Shown in pieces: positions 14,184 through 28,019 of a stretch of DNA of 64,000 nucleotides; the first letter of the stretch is position 1; the number at the start of each line of letters is the position of its first letter. The position numbers and the translations under genes are program-made. Source of the stretch: Convolutriloba macropyga (Eukaryota); assembly GCF_964194025.1 (NCBI RefSeq), contig NC_134468.1, forward strand, positions 27,404,001 to 27,468,000. Reading direction: 5' to 3'. The notes under the pieces are model-generated. The model made no database searches and was not told the origin of the DNA. It saw only the letters and a program-made list of their open reading frames with translations.

Positions 14184-17100
14184 CTTCTTCTTCTTCAAGT
14201 ATCTTGTCTGTTCTAGATAATTATTTTCTATGTCTCGCTATTCGTAAGATATCGACGTATGAGACACGAAATTGTTCCAGGTACCTACTTCTGGTTTCCC
14301 TTTGCTATTTTGCCGTAGGTTTTTTTCGGTTAGTAAGCATACTCCCTCTTCTCCTTGCTTAAGACAAGACTAAAAAATCATAGCTGTCTGCGTCGTATAC
14401 TGAGCTGATCCATCGCACATCTAACTTACAGTAAGATTGGAAAGATAGTTTTCCTTAGTATTCACTAGATCCTTCGTATGTATCGTACATTCAACGCCCT
14501 TCGTTATTGTCTACGTTTCTGAGCAGTAAGAAAGGTTGGATGAACGTAGCTTTTTAAGATTCGCTGTCTGCACTTAAAAGAAAAATTTTTGTTAATTAGG
14601 ATATTGCTCATTTTAGCGAATCCTTTTTTGTCTGCCAAATTTGGCTATTTAGTTCAACAACATCTCTACAGTCTGATGAAATCAAACATCCCAAGTATTT
14701 GATCCCTTTAAAATGATGTCTCATTTCAGTCCATCTCTTCGAAGGGGTCACGACTTCAGTCTACTTTCTGATGAACTTCCTTCCGTACTGTTTACTGGCC
14801 AATACCAGTTGTGACTAATTGCTGTAAATAGTGCTTTTTTTGCCGCAGTTAAAAACTTACCATTCGCGTACCCCAAGTTATTTATTTTCCAGCCTTCAAT
14901 TGAAACACTATTTAAGGCTTCCAGAGGCCTCATTACATTTCACTGTAAAGCGAGAAGAGTTCATGTGAAAGCACACAGCCTTGTATCAATTCTTTTTTCT
15001 ATGGGATCAGCTTTGCTCAATTCATTTTGTTCTCGAATCGTCGTAACTTGGGCGTAATGGAGCCATTCGATCAATTGGAGGTTTTTATCGTAAACGTTCA
15101 CCTCTTCTAGGGTGAGTCATCATTGACTGTTGGATCTAAGGCTTTCGTGTAGTCGACGAAACAAAATTAGTTATAATTCAGTTTCTCTATGGAGCTTTGG
15201 CTTACATTTTTCAGATTTAAGAAAAGCGTTTTGTGTGCCATAGCCAAGACTGAAGCCCTATAAAGTATCCGTCCTTCGTTATCATCGGTATTTTCTTCCT
15301 GTAATGATTTTCAACAAAATTTTTGGTCAGGTGGGTTTTCAGACATGTTGTCTTATGTTCTTCGTAAAAAAACCCTCCGGCCTTTTGGTAAGAGGATGGA
15401 AATTGACTCGATCATTTTCCTTGGCAGAGCATTTTTGTTGTAAAGCGGATTGAAAAAAAATGTACCAAAATGTGAGTTTGTCGTTGATGAGAGCTTTTAG
15501 CATTTCCGAAGTAACTCCAATCGGTACTTTCTCAGTCTACATTGAGACCTGGCCTTACTTGCTTTTGATGCAGCTAAGCTCCAATTGTGCATGCTTACTT
15601 TTTTTCGTTACTTCTCGAATATTCTGGTGGGGCTCTCTTTGAGATAACAGGTACAGATGGTTCAATCATTGCATTTTTTTGTTTGTTTTAGCAGTACTGC
15701 TTTGCTAGTCTCAGTGCCTTTTCAGTTTGTTAGATTAGACGCTTTTCAATGTAATCAATTGAATGAGCTAGACATTATTGTCTGCGTTGTCAAAGATTTC
15801 GCGTTTCTTTCTTTTGTTTCATTAGTTTGGAGTCTCATCGCCAATTAAGATTTTTGTCATTGAACTTATTCGCTGAAACTGGGCTACGCTCTTAAGGCAG
15901 AAAAAATTATACCAAATTCTTCCTTGCTTAGGCGGGAGTTGAGATGTTCAAGAGCTTTGCCTTCTCTCAAGAGCGTGCGGTAATTTCTTGTTCCGTTGAA
16001 TCTACTGCGACTTCTCCTTGGGGTGCGGTTTTTTTTAAAAGTGAGTCATTGTCGCTATCAGTAGATTATTGTCACTAACAAAGAGCATTTACTTGCTTTT
16101 GATGCAGCTAAACTCCAATTGTGCATGCTTACTTTTTTTCGTTACTTCTCGAATATTCTGGTGGGGCTTTCTTTGAGATAACAGGTACAGATGGTTCAAT
16201 CATTGCATTTTTTTGTTTCTTTTAGCATTAATGCTTTGCTAGTCTGTGTCTTTTCAGTTTATTAGATTAGACGCTTTTCAATGTAATCAATTGAATGAGC
16301 TATTGTCTGCGTTGTCAAAGAGCTTTCCCTTCTCTCAAGAGCGTGCGGTAATTTCTCGTTCCGTTGAATCTACTGCGACTTCTCCCTGGGGTGCGGTTTT
16401 TTTAAAAGTGAGTCATTGTCGCTATCAGTAGATTATTGTCACTAACAAAGAGCATTCCGCCTTCAGTGGCATTCCCGTCAAGAACTGCTTTGTAAAACTT
16501 TTGGGTATGAGTATGTGGTCAATCGGATTCCTGGTTTTTACTTTTTATGCTTCGGCTGTTTCTCTATGGAGCTTTGGCTTATATTTTTCAGATTTAAAAA
16601 AAAGCGTTTTGTGTGCCATAGCCAAGACTGATGCCATATAGAGTATCCGTCCTTCGTTATCATCGGTATTTTCTTCCTGTAATGATTTTCAACAAAATTT
16701 TTGGTCAGGTGGGTTTTCAGACATGTTGTCTTATGTTCTTCGTAAAAAAACCCTCCAGCCTTTTGGTAAGAGGATGGAAATTGACTCGATCATTTTCCTT
16801 GGCAGAGCATTTTTGTTGTAAAGCGGATTGAAAAAAAGTGTACCAAAATGCGAGTTTGTCGTTGATGAGAGCTTTTAGCATTTCCGAAGTAACTCCAATC
16901 GGTACTTTCTCAGTCTACATTGAGACCTGGCCTTACTTGCTTTTGATGCAGCTAAACTCCAATTGTGCATGCTTACTTTTTTTCGTTACTTCTCGAATAT
17001 TCTGGTGGGGCTCTCTTTGAGATAACAGGTACCGATGGTTCAATCATTGCATTTTTTTTGTTTGTTTTAGCAGTAATGTTTTGCTAGTCTCAGTGTCTTT

Positions 17101-19750
17101 TCAGTTTGTTAGATTAGACGCTTTTCAATGTAATCAATTGAATGAGCTATTGTCTGCGTTGTCAAAGAGCTTTGCATTCTCTCAAGAGCGTGCGGTAATT
17201 TCTCGTTCCGTTGAATCTACTGCGACTTCTCCCTGGGGTGCGGTTTTTTTTAAAAGTGAGTCATTGTCGCTATCAGTAGATTATTGTCACTAACAAAGAG
17301 CATTCCGCCTTCAGTGGCATTCCCGTCAAGAACTGCTTTGTAAAACTTTTGGGTATGAGTATGTGGTCAATCGGATTCCTGGTTTTTACTTTTTATGCTT
17401 TGGCTGTTTCTCTATGGAGCTTTGGCTTATATTTTTCAGATTTAAGAAAAGCGTTTTGTGTGCCATAGCCAAGACTGAAGCCATATAGAGTATCCGTCCT
17501 TCGTTATCATCGGTATTTTCTTCCTGTAATGATTTTCAACAAAATTTTTGGTCAGGTGGGTTTTCAGACATGTTGTCTTATGTTCTTCGTAAAAAAACCC
17601 TCCGGCCTTTTGGTAAGAGGATGGAAATTGACTCGATCATTTTCCTTGGCAGTGCATTTTTGTTGTAAAGCGGATTGAAAAAAAATGTACCAAAATGTGA
17701 GTTTGTCGTTGATGAGAGCTTTTAGCATTTCCGAAGTAACTCCAATCGGTACTTTCTCAGTCTACATTGAGACCTGGCCTTACTTGCTTTTGATGCAGCT
17801 AAACTCCAATTGTGCATGCTTACTTTTTTTCGTTACTTCTCGAATTTTCTGGTGGGGCTCTCTTAGAGATAACAGGTACAGATGGTTCAATCATTGCGTT
17901 TTTTTTGTTTGTTTTAGCATTAATGCTTTGCTAGTCTCAGTGTCTTTTCAGTTTGTTAGATTAGACGCTTTTCAATGTAATCAATTGAATGAGCTATTGT
18001 CTGCGTTGTCAAAGATTTCGCGTTTCTTTCTTTTGTTTCATCAGTTTGGAGTCTCATCGCCAATTAAGATTTTTGTCATTGAACTTATTCGCTGAAACTG
18101 GGCTACGCTCTTAAGGCAGAAAAAATTATACCAAATTCTTCCTTGCTTAGGCGGGAGTTGAGATGTTCAAGAGCTTTGCCTTCTCTCAAGAGCGTGCGGT
18201 AATTTCTTGTTCCGTTGAATCTACTGCGACTTCTCCTTGGGGTGCGGTTTTTTTTAAAAGTGAGTCATTGTCGCTATCAGTAGATTATTGTCACTAACAA
18301 AGAGCATTCCGACTTCAGTGGCATTCCCCTCAAGAACTGCTTTGTAAAACTTTTGGGTATGAGTATGTGGTCAATCAGATTCCTGGTTTTTACTTTTTAT
18401 GCTTTGGCTGTTTCTCTATGGAGCTTTGGATTATATTTTTCAGATTTAAAAAAGCGTTTTGTGTGCCATAGCCAAGACTGAAGCCATATAGAGTATCCGT
18501 CCTTCGTTATCATCGGTATTTTCTTCCTGTAATGATTTTCAACAAAATTTTTGGTCAGGTGGGATTTCAGACATGTCTTATGTTCTTCGTAAAAAAACCC
18601 TCCGGCCTTTTGGTAAGAGGATGGAAATTGACTCGATCATTTTCCTTGGCAGAGCATTTTTGTTGTAAAGCGGATTGAAAAAAATGTACCAAAATGCGAG
18701 TTTGTCGTTGATGAGAGCTTTTAGCATTTCCGAAGTAACTCCAATCGGTACTTTCTCAGTCTACATTGAGACCTGGCCTTACTTGCTTTTGATGCAGCTA
18801 AACTGCAGTTGTGCATGCTTACTTTTTTTCGTTACTTCTCGAATATTCTGGTGGGGCTCTCTTTGAGATAACAGGTACAGATGGTTCAATCATTGCATTT
18901 TTTTTGTTTGTTTTAGCAGTAATGCTTTGCTATTCTCAGTGTCTTTTCAAATTGTTAGATTAGACGCTTTTCAATGTAATCAATTGAATGAGCTAGACAT
19001 TATTGTCTGCGTTGTCAAAGATTTCGCGTTTCTTTCTTTTGTTTCATCAGTTTGGAGTCTCATCGCCAATTAAGATTTTTGTCATTGAACTTATTCGCTG
19101 AAACTGGGCTACGACTCTTAAGGCAGAACAAATTATACCAAATTCTTCCTTGCTTAGGCGGGAGTTGAGATGTTCAAGAGCTTTGCCTTCTCTCAAGAGC
19201 GTGCGGTAATTTCTTGTTCCGTTGAATCTACTGTGACTTCTCCTTGGGGTGCGGTTTTTTTAAAAGTGAGTCATTGTCGCTATCAGTAGATTATTGTCAC
19301 TAACAAAGAGCATTCCGCCTTCATTGGCATTCCCGTCAAGAACTGCTTTGAAAAACTTTTTTTTGGGTATGAGTATGTGGTCAATCGGATTCCTGGTTTT
19401 TACTTTGTAGGCTTTGGCTGCATTCTCATAGACTGCACACCTTTGTCTTTAAATCGCTCATCATAAACACTAGCTCACGTTCCTGCTTTTGCATTCCTGC
19501 ATTTCATCGCTAAGTTTTTGCAGTTTTTCCTCCCACAAATCTGATGTTGGTACACAAACCTGAGTCAAACATATTTGTGTACAATGAACTGAGCGTGCGG
19601 ATTGGAAGACCATTGAATATAACAAAAAACCCTTTAATATTCTTGCTCAACAATTGATTTACATTGAATCCAACATCACTGCTCTTGCTGGTTGCTGTGA
19701 GTGTTGAGAAACGGTTTTTTGATGTATCCACGCTTTTTTGTTCCGGTCGC
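14184..19750 (-). pseudogene. Highly degenerate RTE-clade LINE in BtpA-family intron 3
   Basis: Minus-strand remnants RNPIDHILI, SDNNLLIA, SHLTKILLKII, YGFSLGYGTQNA, CFVDYTKALD, QGCVLSHELFSLYSE, INNLGYANG. (GAA)n tail at ~14184-14196. Confidence 0.82.
15181..19420. repeat. Tandem array of a ~0.85-1.0 kb internal RTE segment (about 4.5 units)
   Basis: gtttctctatggagctttgg at 15181, 16558, 17406 and 18410. Near-identical short ORFs recur in the track (15460, 16838, 17685, 18675). Confidence 0.95.
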
Positions 19751-19915
19751 ATTCTATCGCATTTCAGGTAGAACCGGTACGTTATGCTTCTTCTTTTCTC
19801 GTCATATTCTCAATCTTCTTTTCTTCCTACAACGATGTTCTCACATTACGTACCGAGTCGGAATGTTATTCTTTTGCATTGTCCTGTGAGCGCTTTTCTC
19901 CGTTTAGAATCAGTA

Positions 19916-20827
19916 CACTCTGAAAATCTCTCTTGTGAAATCACACGATTTTTTTCTCGTGTGATGAAAAATCACATGATTTTTCGTGTGAAAAATGCAT
20001 CCCGTGTGATTTCACACGAGAAAATTGTCTTCCTGTGATGAAAAATTACACGATTTTTCATTTGATTGAATGTATGAGGAAATGAAGCAATTTTTATAGT
20101 AAATACAGATTTTTTCCTCGTTCCAATTTCCTTTAGAACAAGGCTGATCTATCAACGAAAATTTCATGCTACAATGGGCTCTTTTTAGTGATTAAAACCA
20201 AAGATAATACTTTAAATTGAAAAAATGGGGTAAAGTGGGCCACCTAAATTTATCTCGCAAATTTGTTTCCAACGCTGATTTTGAGTGACTGACAACTCCA
20301 CTTCGTAGAAATTCTCATGTTTTAGCAACTTGAGTGTTTGTTTGCGCCAAAAAGATTCCATAGCTGTAGAGTATAAGAGGATCTAACAAGTTACCGTGGA
20401 TACTGTTTTGTGAGGTTTGTACATTTTTTCTTTGTTTTTGTCATTTAAAAAGAGAGTCTGGTAAGCTCAAGGGAATATACGTTAGTTGTCTGGATTGGAA
20501 ACTTATGCCGTGGTTGATAAACACCCGAAAAAAGATCCCATTAAAAATCATGTGAAATTTACGCGAATTATCGTGTATTTTCACGTGAGAATTTCGTGTG
20601 GATTTTTTGGCGAAAAATTGTATTTTATACGCAAAAAATCAGGTTTTTTTCACACGATTTTTCGTGTGAATTACGCGATAAACTATGAGATTAAGACCGA
20701 GAGAATCGTGTAAAAATACACGATTTATCATGTAACGGGGCATTTTCTCGTGTGTCACTTTTTTCCCGATAAATCGTGTGACAATGCAAGATTTTTTGTG
20801 TAATTCACACGAGAAAATTTTAGAGTG
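19916..20827. mobile_element. Non-autonomous TIR DNA element (MITE-like), TA-flanked
   Basis: Left end TA|cactctgaaaatctctcttgtgaaat, right end attcacacgagaaaattttagagtg|TA. Many subterminal cacacg/cgtgtg motifs. Confidence 0.75.
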
Positions 20828-21903
20828 TAGTTTTTGTAAAATAGGGTCCATGTTTTTCCAATTTTGATACCTTGCTAAGGTATGCACCAGTTACAAATTA
20901 GTTTAGAACTGTTGATTAGCTGCTCTCAAATAACCTTCATTTAGAGTAACACACATTCACTTGACCTTATCTCTTCGAATTAAAGTAAATAAAAGTCAAT
21001 TTCAAAGTGAGGAAGTCATTTTTGAGAGTGAGGTAAGTCACGTGTGACCAAAAATTTAATCACACGAATGAACAAAAAAACTCGCTCCACTTAGAGTGAA
21101 AAATGACGTTATAAGAGCGAATCTCCGCTAAGAGCGAATCTTGACGACGATATAAAAAGCATAGCAGGACAAGTCCTGACGTACAATTCAAAGAATTTCC
21201 ATTGACTAAACATAAAATTAGACCTAGAACGAACTGTGAGTGAATTGGGGAAACCATTTCTAAAAAAAAAATCAGATCACAAAAATTAAAAAAAAAAACA
21301 AAATCAATGTCACGATGCCGCATGTGAACAAAAACCCTCTAGAGAGAACAAAAAATTTGATTCAAGCAAAAAAAAAAACTAGGCCTAGAATGAGTTAGGA
21401 ATGCATCGGAAAAACCATTTAGAAAAAAATCCGATCCAACAAATGGAAAAAACAGTACAGATTAGAGTGTAATTACCGCATGTGAACAAAAAACCACTTG
21501 CGAGAAAGCGAATGTTTGTTTAAACACCATTTTCTCTCTCTACTTAAAATTAGAACGAAAAAATGCACGCCGCAAAACCACTCGCTTTTTCGCTCCACTT
21601 CCTGTTTCGGCGTGAATCACTACTCCAATTTAACTTCAACAATCATGAAAATGTGTGACCAGGTTTTAAAAAAGACAGCGCCCCAATACAATTCAAATTC
21701 TTTGAATTGTAAAAAACCAAGAGAGGGCCAATAATAGCCCCAGCTATCGCTGTGCGGCTATTAATAAAAAATGTGGTTTCACTGTATAACACAATTTCTT
21801 TGCTGTTAGTCATCTCCATAACTTCTTTGCTTATTACCTTACAAATAAATGCAACCGGTTTAGGTAACCCAAAAGTCCCTAATTCAAACCGGAAAAGGTT
21901 GAC

Positions 21904-22110
21904 CTGTTATTGCATGTGAAGAGTGTTTCTTCTGAATATCACAGAACACTTTAATATGTTCTGCTGATATTGATTTTCGATATCGCAAGAGTTGCCCAGC
22001 ACAGCTCTCTGTGTAACCCTCGTCCCCAATTTGCCCAAACACAAATCCCTCTGCCCGTATGAAGTCACAGTCTGCAGCCAGGGCAACAGCCAAAGCCTCC
22101 ATATTGGCAC
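21904..22110 (-). CDS. BtpA/SgcQ-family protein, exon 3
   Basis: GANMEALAVALAADCDFIRAEGFVFGQIGDEG...VFCDIQKKHSSHAIT. AG/GT boundaries give a consistent phase 1 at both ends. Confidence 0.92.
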
Positions 22111-22468
22111 CTGTAAACAAAAGCCAATAGATTTAAGCAAAAAGTCTATAAAGCCTGGAAACAAAACGAGTTCAATTTTTTAAAAGTAGTTTTTCGCAGG
22201 CTGTGAAATTTTTTCATCTATGGTAACAAAAGGACACTTCAAACAAGGTTCTTTCTTTTGTCCGTTGTCGGAACTGCTGATGTCGCGCAGAAATAATGTC
22301 AAATTTTTTGCCCAATTTTTTCCTCGAACTTTTTATGTTTAACTTGTAAATTATGCAGTGTTACATCTAACCTGTTTCAAACTTTGACTGGCATTTCCAA
22401 GTCTTGGTTTCCGTGTAGCAAAAATATTAACCATTTAGCAATTTTAAGCATAAAACGTTATGTAAAAC

Positions 22469-22697
22469 CTGACAGTATCTGAATTCCGATTGAGAATCCT
22501 TGATCTCTTGTGAGGATTTTTCGAACCTCGATTGCGACTGCTGTCATAGTTGTCACTGTATGAGGCTGTATTAGGCTTGACTTCAAGTATGGCACGTCAA
22601 ACATGTTTTCGATGATCACCCCTGAGAAATTGTACTTTTTAAACAACTCTGCCTCCTCGAGAGCTCTTTCAATCGTCTGCGTCACTGTTTGTCCCCT
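22469..22697 (-). CDS. BtpA/SgcQ-family protein, exon 2
   Basis: IERALEEAELF...GVIIENMFDVPY...MTAVA...GIQILS contains the conserved ENMxDxPY motif. Canonical splice sites. Confidence 0.92.
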
Positions 22698-23090
22698 CTA
22701 ACAAAATAACGACTCCATGAGTTTGCTATTTTTCTAATTTTTTCAATGCAGAAGTTAATATCTGGTATTTGTAGGATTATTTGACTGCAATTTTTGTTAG
22801 CTAGAGAAAACATGCAGCAATTGTTGCAACTGTTTTCTGATGTGAATTTTTTTGTTTTCATGATCATGTGAGAATGAAGTAATTCTTTTTTTTTGCATGA
22901 ATAATGGTTTGCGTGACCTATTTAGGCTGTACAAATCATTGCTTTGTTGGTTTATAATATCCATTACAATATAAATATACCTTTATAAAGGTGTAAAAAA
23001 TATCATTTGTGATGGGTCATAATTTACCGGGGCATAGCTCCAATTTTCCAAATTACTGATAGTATAAAATTTTAATTCAAATTTTGTAAC

Positions 23091-23276
23091 CTTCCAAAGA
23101 GGTGTTGCGGCTGTTGGTAGTATATGGATCATTCCATACAAAGCCGGGTTCCATTTTGCACATAAGGGATCTCTCGAAGTACTCTGAAATTGGCGCTGTG
23201 TAATTCTAGATTGTTTTCGAACAAAATGAAATGTTGATCGTGTTCTTGTGAACTGAAATGGTGACAGTGAACTCAT
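23091..23276 (-). CDS. BtpA/SgcQ-family protein, exon 1 (Arg/Ser/Thr-rich presequence-like N-terminus)
   Basis: GMIHILPTAATP corresponds to the family GMIH..PLPG.P motif. GT donor at 23090, phase 0. True start uncertain because an upstream exon is possible. Confidence 0.8.
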
Positions 23277-25883
23277 TCTGTGTACGTTCTACGGCTTAAA
23301 TATGAATAAAAGAGCTTATAATGTACTGTATCATTGCAATTAGTGTGTGCCATGAATCTATAATGACAACTTTGGAATGGTTGATTGAGATTAGAGATAG
23401 CGTCAACTTCTGCATGACTATACTTGGATGTGCATGTTCTGCTATTGCACTGAATAGCAATAATTTGATGCAATATTTCATCATGCTGGTCATCAGGCAT
23501 ACTTAGCATGCTTTCATCACTTTAGTGCTGTATTTCAATGAGGTATATTTACGTTCTTGACTTGTTGCATAGTTTAACTTGTTTTGGTAGCGATGCAGAA
23601 TTGGGATGTTCATGGTTTCTGTAGTTGTATCGATCTTCTATCTGGCGCTGGTACGAATTTAAATAGCGTAATGAAATTACTTTTGGTGTAATATTGTTAC
23701 CGCTTTTTTGTAGTGTGCTGAACTTCGTAAGTTTTCTTAAGTATAAGTTCATATTTTGGCGTAAAATTGATAGATTGATCGATTGACAGTCTTGAAACAA
23801 ATTTTTAACTGAACAACGCAGATAAATTTTGACTGCAAACCAAAAACGGGTCGAAGGAGAAAAATGAAAAATATTCCTTTTTGTGGAGCAAAAATGAAAG
23901 TTAGCTATGTACACTGTCTTGAAAAAGCGGGCTGTTTATGTCAACACTCGCATAGAGTTCTATCGATACTGACTTGCTGATCTCCGCCATATAACTATGA
24001 AACTATTAAACAAATTTTGAGTAAGAACACAGTAAACAATTGAGGATTATCTGAGGATTAGCTGCATTAGTAAATAATGTTTTTTCGGACTAGTCTGCAG
24101 CTTGAAATTTATAATGATAATAACAATTGAATTCAGATGGCAGAAATTATAAACACTTATTACCGAACATTAATTCAATTCACCACCTATGACGCCATAC
24201 AAGTCGAAGTACTCTCCAAGAGGTGCCCAAAAAAATCTATATGAACGTGCAGTAACTAATAAAACATACGAGAAACTTTTATCCAAATAATAGGTTCTAA
24301 CAAGTTTGAATTGAAGAAACTTCATTTTTAGGTGCCAATTTTGGCAAAAGATTTTCTTATGAAAGTTAATTAATCATTTTTATAACCGCAAATCTCAAGT
24401 ACTTTCTCTGAGTCTGTGTTTTGATTTTTGGTATAGGAACATAGGAACAAGTGACCAAACGGATGACCGCGTTATCGGTAGACAAATGAGGATTATCTTG
24501 GGATCAGTTGAATTAGTGTATATTGTTTCTTTCGGACTAGACTGAAATTGGAATTTAAATAATCAGATTCTTTTTTTCACTCTTTCAAAAGTTAAGCGAA
24601 GATGTTGGTCTATAGGACGATCTTTACAGATCTCCAGAAAGCCGGTCATTCACTAGAAATACAATGTGTGAAAATGAAGCAAAAAATGCACTGTGAGAAA
24701 ACGATGCAAAGAAAATGCATCGTTTCAGCAAAAGTGCTGGCGGTGATGATAATCGGGGTCCGTTTAGCATTTTAGGATGATGTACAAACCTAAATTGCAA
24801 TAATTTTTTTGGTTTTGTTCAGCTCCACAAAATCTCGACTGAAAGTGCTAAAAGAAATCAGAACACCGAATGAAGCTGCGATTAATTACATCTTACAAAA
24901 TTGAATAATGATCTGATTACTTGTCTCGCTATTGATCAGTAATATAATAGATTTCTATTGCAATTGTCTATTTAATAACACCCATACTACCCATACATCC
25001 GTTACTATGTATGCTAAGTCACCTATGAAATAAGTTGTCTCAATTTTGTTTGATAAATGTTGTTATCCTTGTTTTTAATTCATTTTACAAAATTGTGAGT
25101 TCATTGTTGTCATTGCACTAAATTTCTGTAGAAAAAAGTGCAAGCACTTTTTTGGTATTTCTTGTTCTTTTTCTGGATCTTTATTTTCTGTTAGTTGTAT
25201 CGCCTTAATATGTTTATTACTTTTTGGAAGATTTTGCTACTTTGTGCTCTTTCAACCTCTACAAGACTCGTAATAACGTAGCTTGATGGTTACAGAGCTG
25301 GAGATAAAGTTGTGACCTAATTGATTTTAAAGAGCGTTTTTTCTTGAAGTTGCTTTTTTTGTCAGTTTCTTTCGGAAGCAAATTTTAATAAGGCTCTGAA
25401 ATGTGTTTTGAAAATTGTACGACAAATTGCAAGTAGGAGCAGAGGTAACAGTTTCCTTCAAAATCCGAAACATAATTGGAGTTTTTCGGCAAAAGTTGCG
25501 AAACAATTAGTTGTTGCTGGCATTTCTTAGCCCGGAGATGGCAGCCCGGTTTTAACGAACAGACCGTAACAGTTTCTACAGTGCAATTCAACCTTTTCGA
25601 TTTTTTAAAATAAAAAGTTGAAAATTTGATAGTTTTTTTTTTAATTTTCATGCATTTTTAATTGCTCTTGACGAAGTTCATAGCAATTATTGTAAACGCG
25701 TGTGTCCCTTTTTTATGCAAATTTTTCGCTTGACAATTTGGCGCTTTTCTTTAGAACATTCTTTGACTTCTCAAGTGACTTTTTTACGCTTTTGTTCATC
25801 ATTTTTAGTGATCTCTATTTCTCTCACTCCGAAGTAAAGCTTGTTGCTAATATATAATCGGTTGCAGTATAGCAAAAATAAAT

Positions 25884-25963
25884 GAAGCATAGCGCAGTGG
25901 TTAGTGCAGGTGCCTATGGATAGGGAGGTCAATGGTCGAATCCTGTTGGGGGCAAGGTTTTTT
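25884..25963 (+). other. tRNA-derived relic or SINE head
   Basis: Box A TAGCGCAGTGG (25890-25900), box B-like GGTCGAATCC (25934-25943), followed by a T-run. No intact cloverleaf. Confidence 0.5.
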
Positions 25964-26486
25964 GCACCCATAAAGAAGAATTGATGTACGCTACAGACCC
26001 TGAATTAAATTGCCTCGCCCGTCGTTCAAGAGCAATTCTTCCGACATTTGTCGGTTTAGGTTTCAAACTTTCGTTTCATTTGTAAGCTTTGCAGTATTTT
26101 GAATTGAGAGATACCATGACTGATAAAGTTGCCTGCAAAACATTTTTGTTTTCCTAGCGTCAAAAATGAGCCAAATGGAAAGAATTTTGATTAAAAAAAT
26201 GCCAAAATGTTGGACAATTAGTACGCATTTTTTAGTCTTCAGTTTGGAAATTCATAAGTTTAGGAGCTTGTTTCAGATTCAGTCAGCATTGTTCTCAGTT
26301 CAAATAATGTCAAATTAGTCGATATAAATATTTTAATAACAAAATTTAGTTGCCAAAGTTTAGTTTGGCATATTCTGTAGTTAATCTATATTTTTTAGTT
26401 TTGTATATGTGAATAACCCTAAATTTGCCGCCTATATAATTCAATACAAGGCGTGCCTGCAGTTATCCTCCAAACCGCTCAGAGGG

Positions 26487-26582
26487 ATGCCGACGACTGT
26501 GTTGGCCCCTGGAGGCAAGAGCAAAGTCAAAATCCCTCCCAAGAACCCCCGAATTGTGAAGGAGCCCTTAGAAAAACGACCG
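26487..26582 (+). CDS. HYDIN: HYDIN axonemal central-pair protein, first coding exon
   Basis: MPTTVLAPGGKSKVKIPPKNPRIVKEP resembles the HYDIN SKV.PP..P..V segment. GTAAG donor at 26583, phase 0. Confidence 0.75.
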
Positions 26583-27276
26583 GTAAGAAGGAAAGAACTA
26601 TATATTACTTTCACTTTAACAATATAAATTAGTATTTTGATTTTATTTGCATAAAATAACGTTAATCGATACATGTTTAATTATATTTGATAGAACTTTA
26701 TGGTTGCAGTTATAACATCAACTTGATCATCGGTATATTTAACATTATGCGTGGTTATGGAGGGATGAGTGATGAGTGTGTGGTTGTGGCATGAGGGTTT
26801 TAAAGGATCGAATTCTTAATTGAATTCTTGTCTTGAAACAATTGAGATCGTCAATGCCGATAGATATCATTTGTTAATTTTAAAAGCTGCTGGAACAATA
26901 ATATTCTGGAAAAATTTCAAGTTTAGGAAAGAACGGGTCAAGAATTCAGCAAACGCTTCTTTAATTGTTTTCCTGAAGTTATTTATTTCGTTTTTGATTT
27001 GTTGTTTTTCTGGTGTTTTTCACACCTAAGTGAGTATGTGAGTTCTTTTTGAACGCTTACTTTCAGCCGGCGCGGACAAGTTTCTATATATACTCTGTCA
27101 TTACTGTTTTTGATCTATTGTCACTCGGATCTACTGTCCAGTCATCATACAAATAATGATAGATCATGCACACATTTCAACCCATTATCTAAATGTAAAA
27201 ATGAGGGAGGGTTCTTTTGCATTGTTGGGTGCTCAAGAAAGAATATTGATGTTCTATTTTGAAACTACTTGAACAG

Positions 27277-27402
27277 GTCGTGCCGTCGGAGTGGGTTCGA
27301 GTTGCACAGCAGGACACTGAGGAAAAGAGGGAGGACATCACTGAGATCAGAGTGCCCAGAGTGATAGAGCTACTTGACATCAGAGACCAGGGAAACCAGC
27401 TA
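27277..27402 (+). CDS. HYDIN: HYDIN exon 2
   Basis: VVPSEW...RVPRVIELLDI matches HYDIN LTPSEF...RPQIIELLDM. AG/GT boundaries, 126 nt. Confidence 0.88.
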
Positions 27403-28019
27403 GTATGTCCTCACGCCTAGTTCTTTGCCCTATTTGAACACAGTTTCTGTTCACGTTCAAGTTCATGTTTATTGATTCTCACTGAGCTGTCTGTCGAGGC
27501 AACTCGTATGTTAATATTTTGGCCCATGCTGAGATCAAATTATCGTTTAGCTTTGCTCGCATAATTCTAAATAAGAGTTAAGGTAAAATGAATGCACAAT
27601 GAAAAAACAGCGCAAAGTTTCCCTTAATTTGAACAAACAACAATATCTGACTTTTTTCACTCTTTTTTTAAAATACTAGCAGGCCCGCAAAAGCACAAGA
27701 ATATCATTCAACAGAAAAGATAGAAGGTTAATAAATCAGATTTCTTATGCACCACCTGGGGCTGGAACCTATTCTCCTCGTTCAAAAGCAATAGGTATTA
27801 CGTTTCGTCACCGATGTGTTTGGTTTGTGTATATTACCCTATGTGCCAACAATTTTTATTCCAACCACGTTTTCTGCTTTACGATTTTGCATAATTAAGG
27901 AGCGCTAAGACTTGTACAGATAACGATATTCTACATGGTGGCATAGTGCAACTCATGTTCTACGTTAGGCTGCATGTTTAAGGAGCGTTTATAACATGCG
28001 ATGATAAGGAGCTTAAACA

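Noticed and set aside
15460-18866. Repeated plus-strand ORFs MYQN.SLSLMRAF...
   Set aside because: Antisense read-outs of the tandemly repeated RTE segment, not a gene family.
20960-21660. Possible DNA transposon remnant with repeated gtgaacaaaaaa and gtgtgacc motifs
   Set aside because: Could not define TIRs or a TSD.
13250-23276. BtpA-family gene as bacterial contamination or recent horizontal transfer
   Set aside because: It has spliceosomal introns filled with host repeats, and the family is known in animals.
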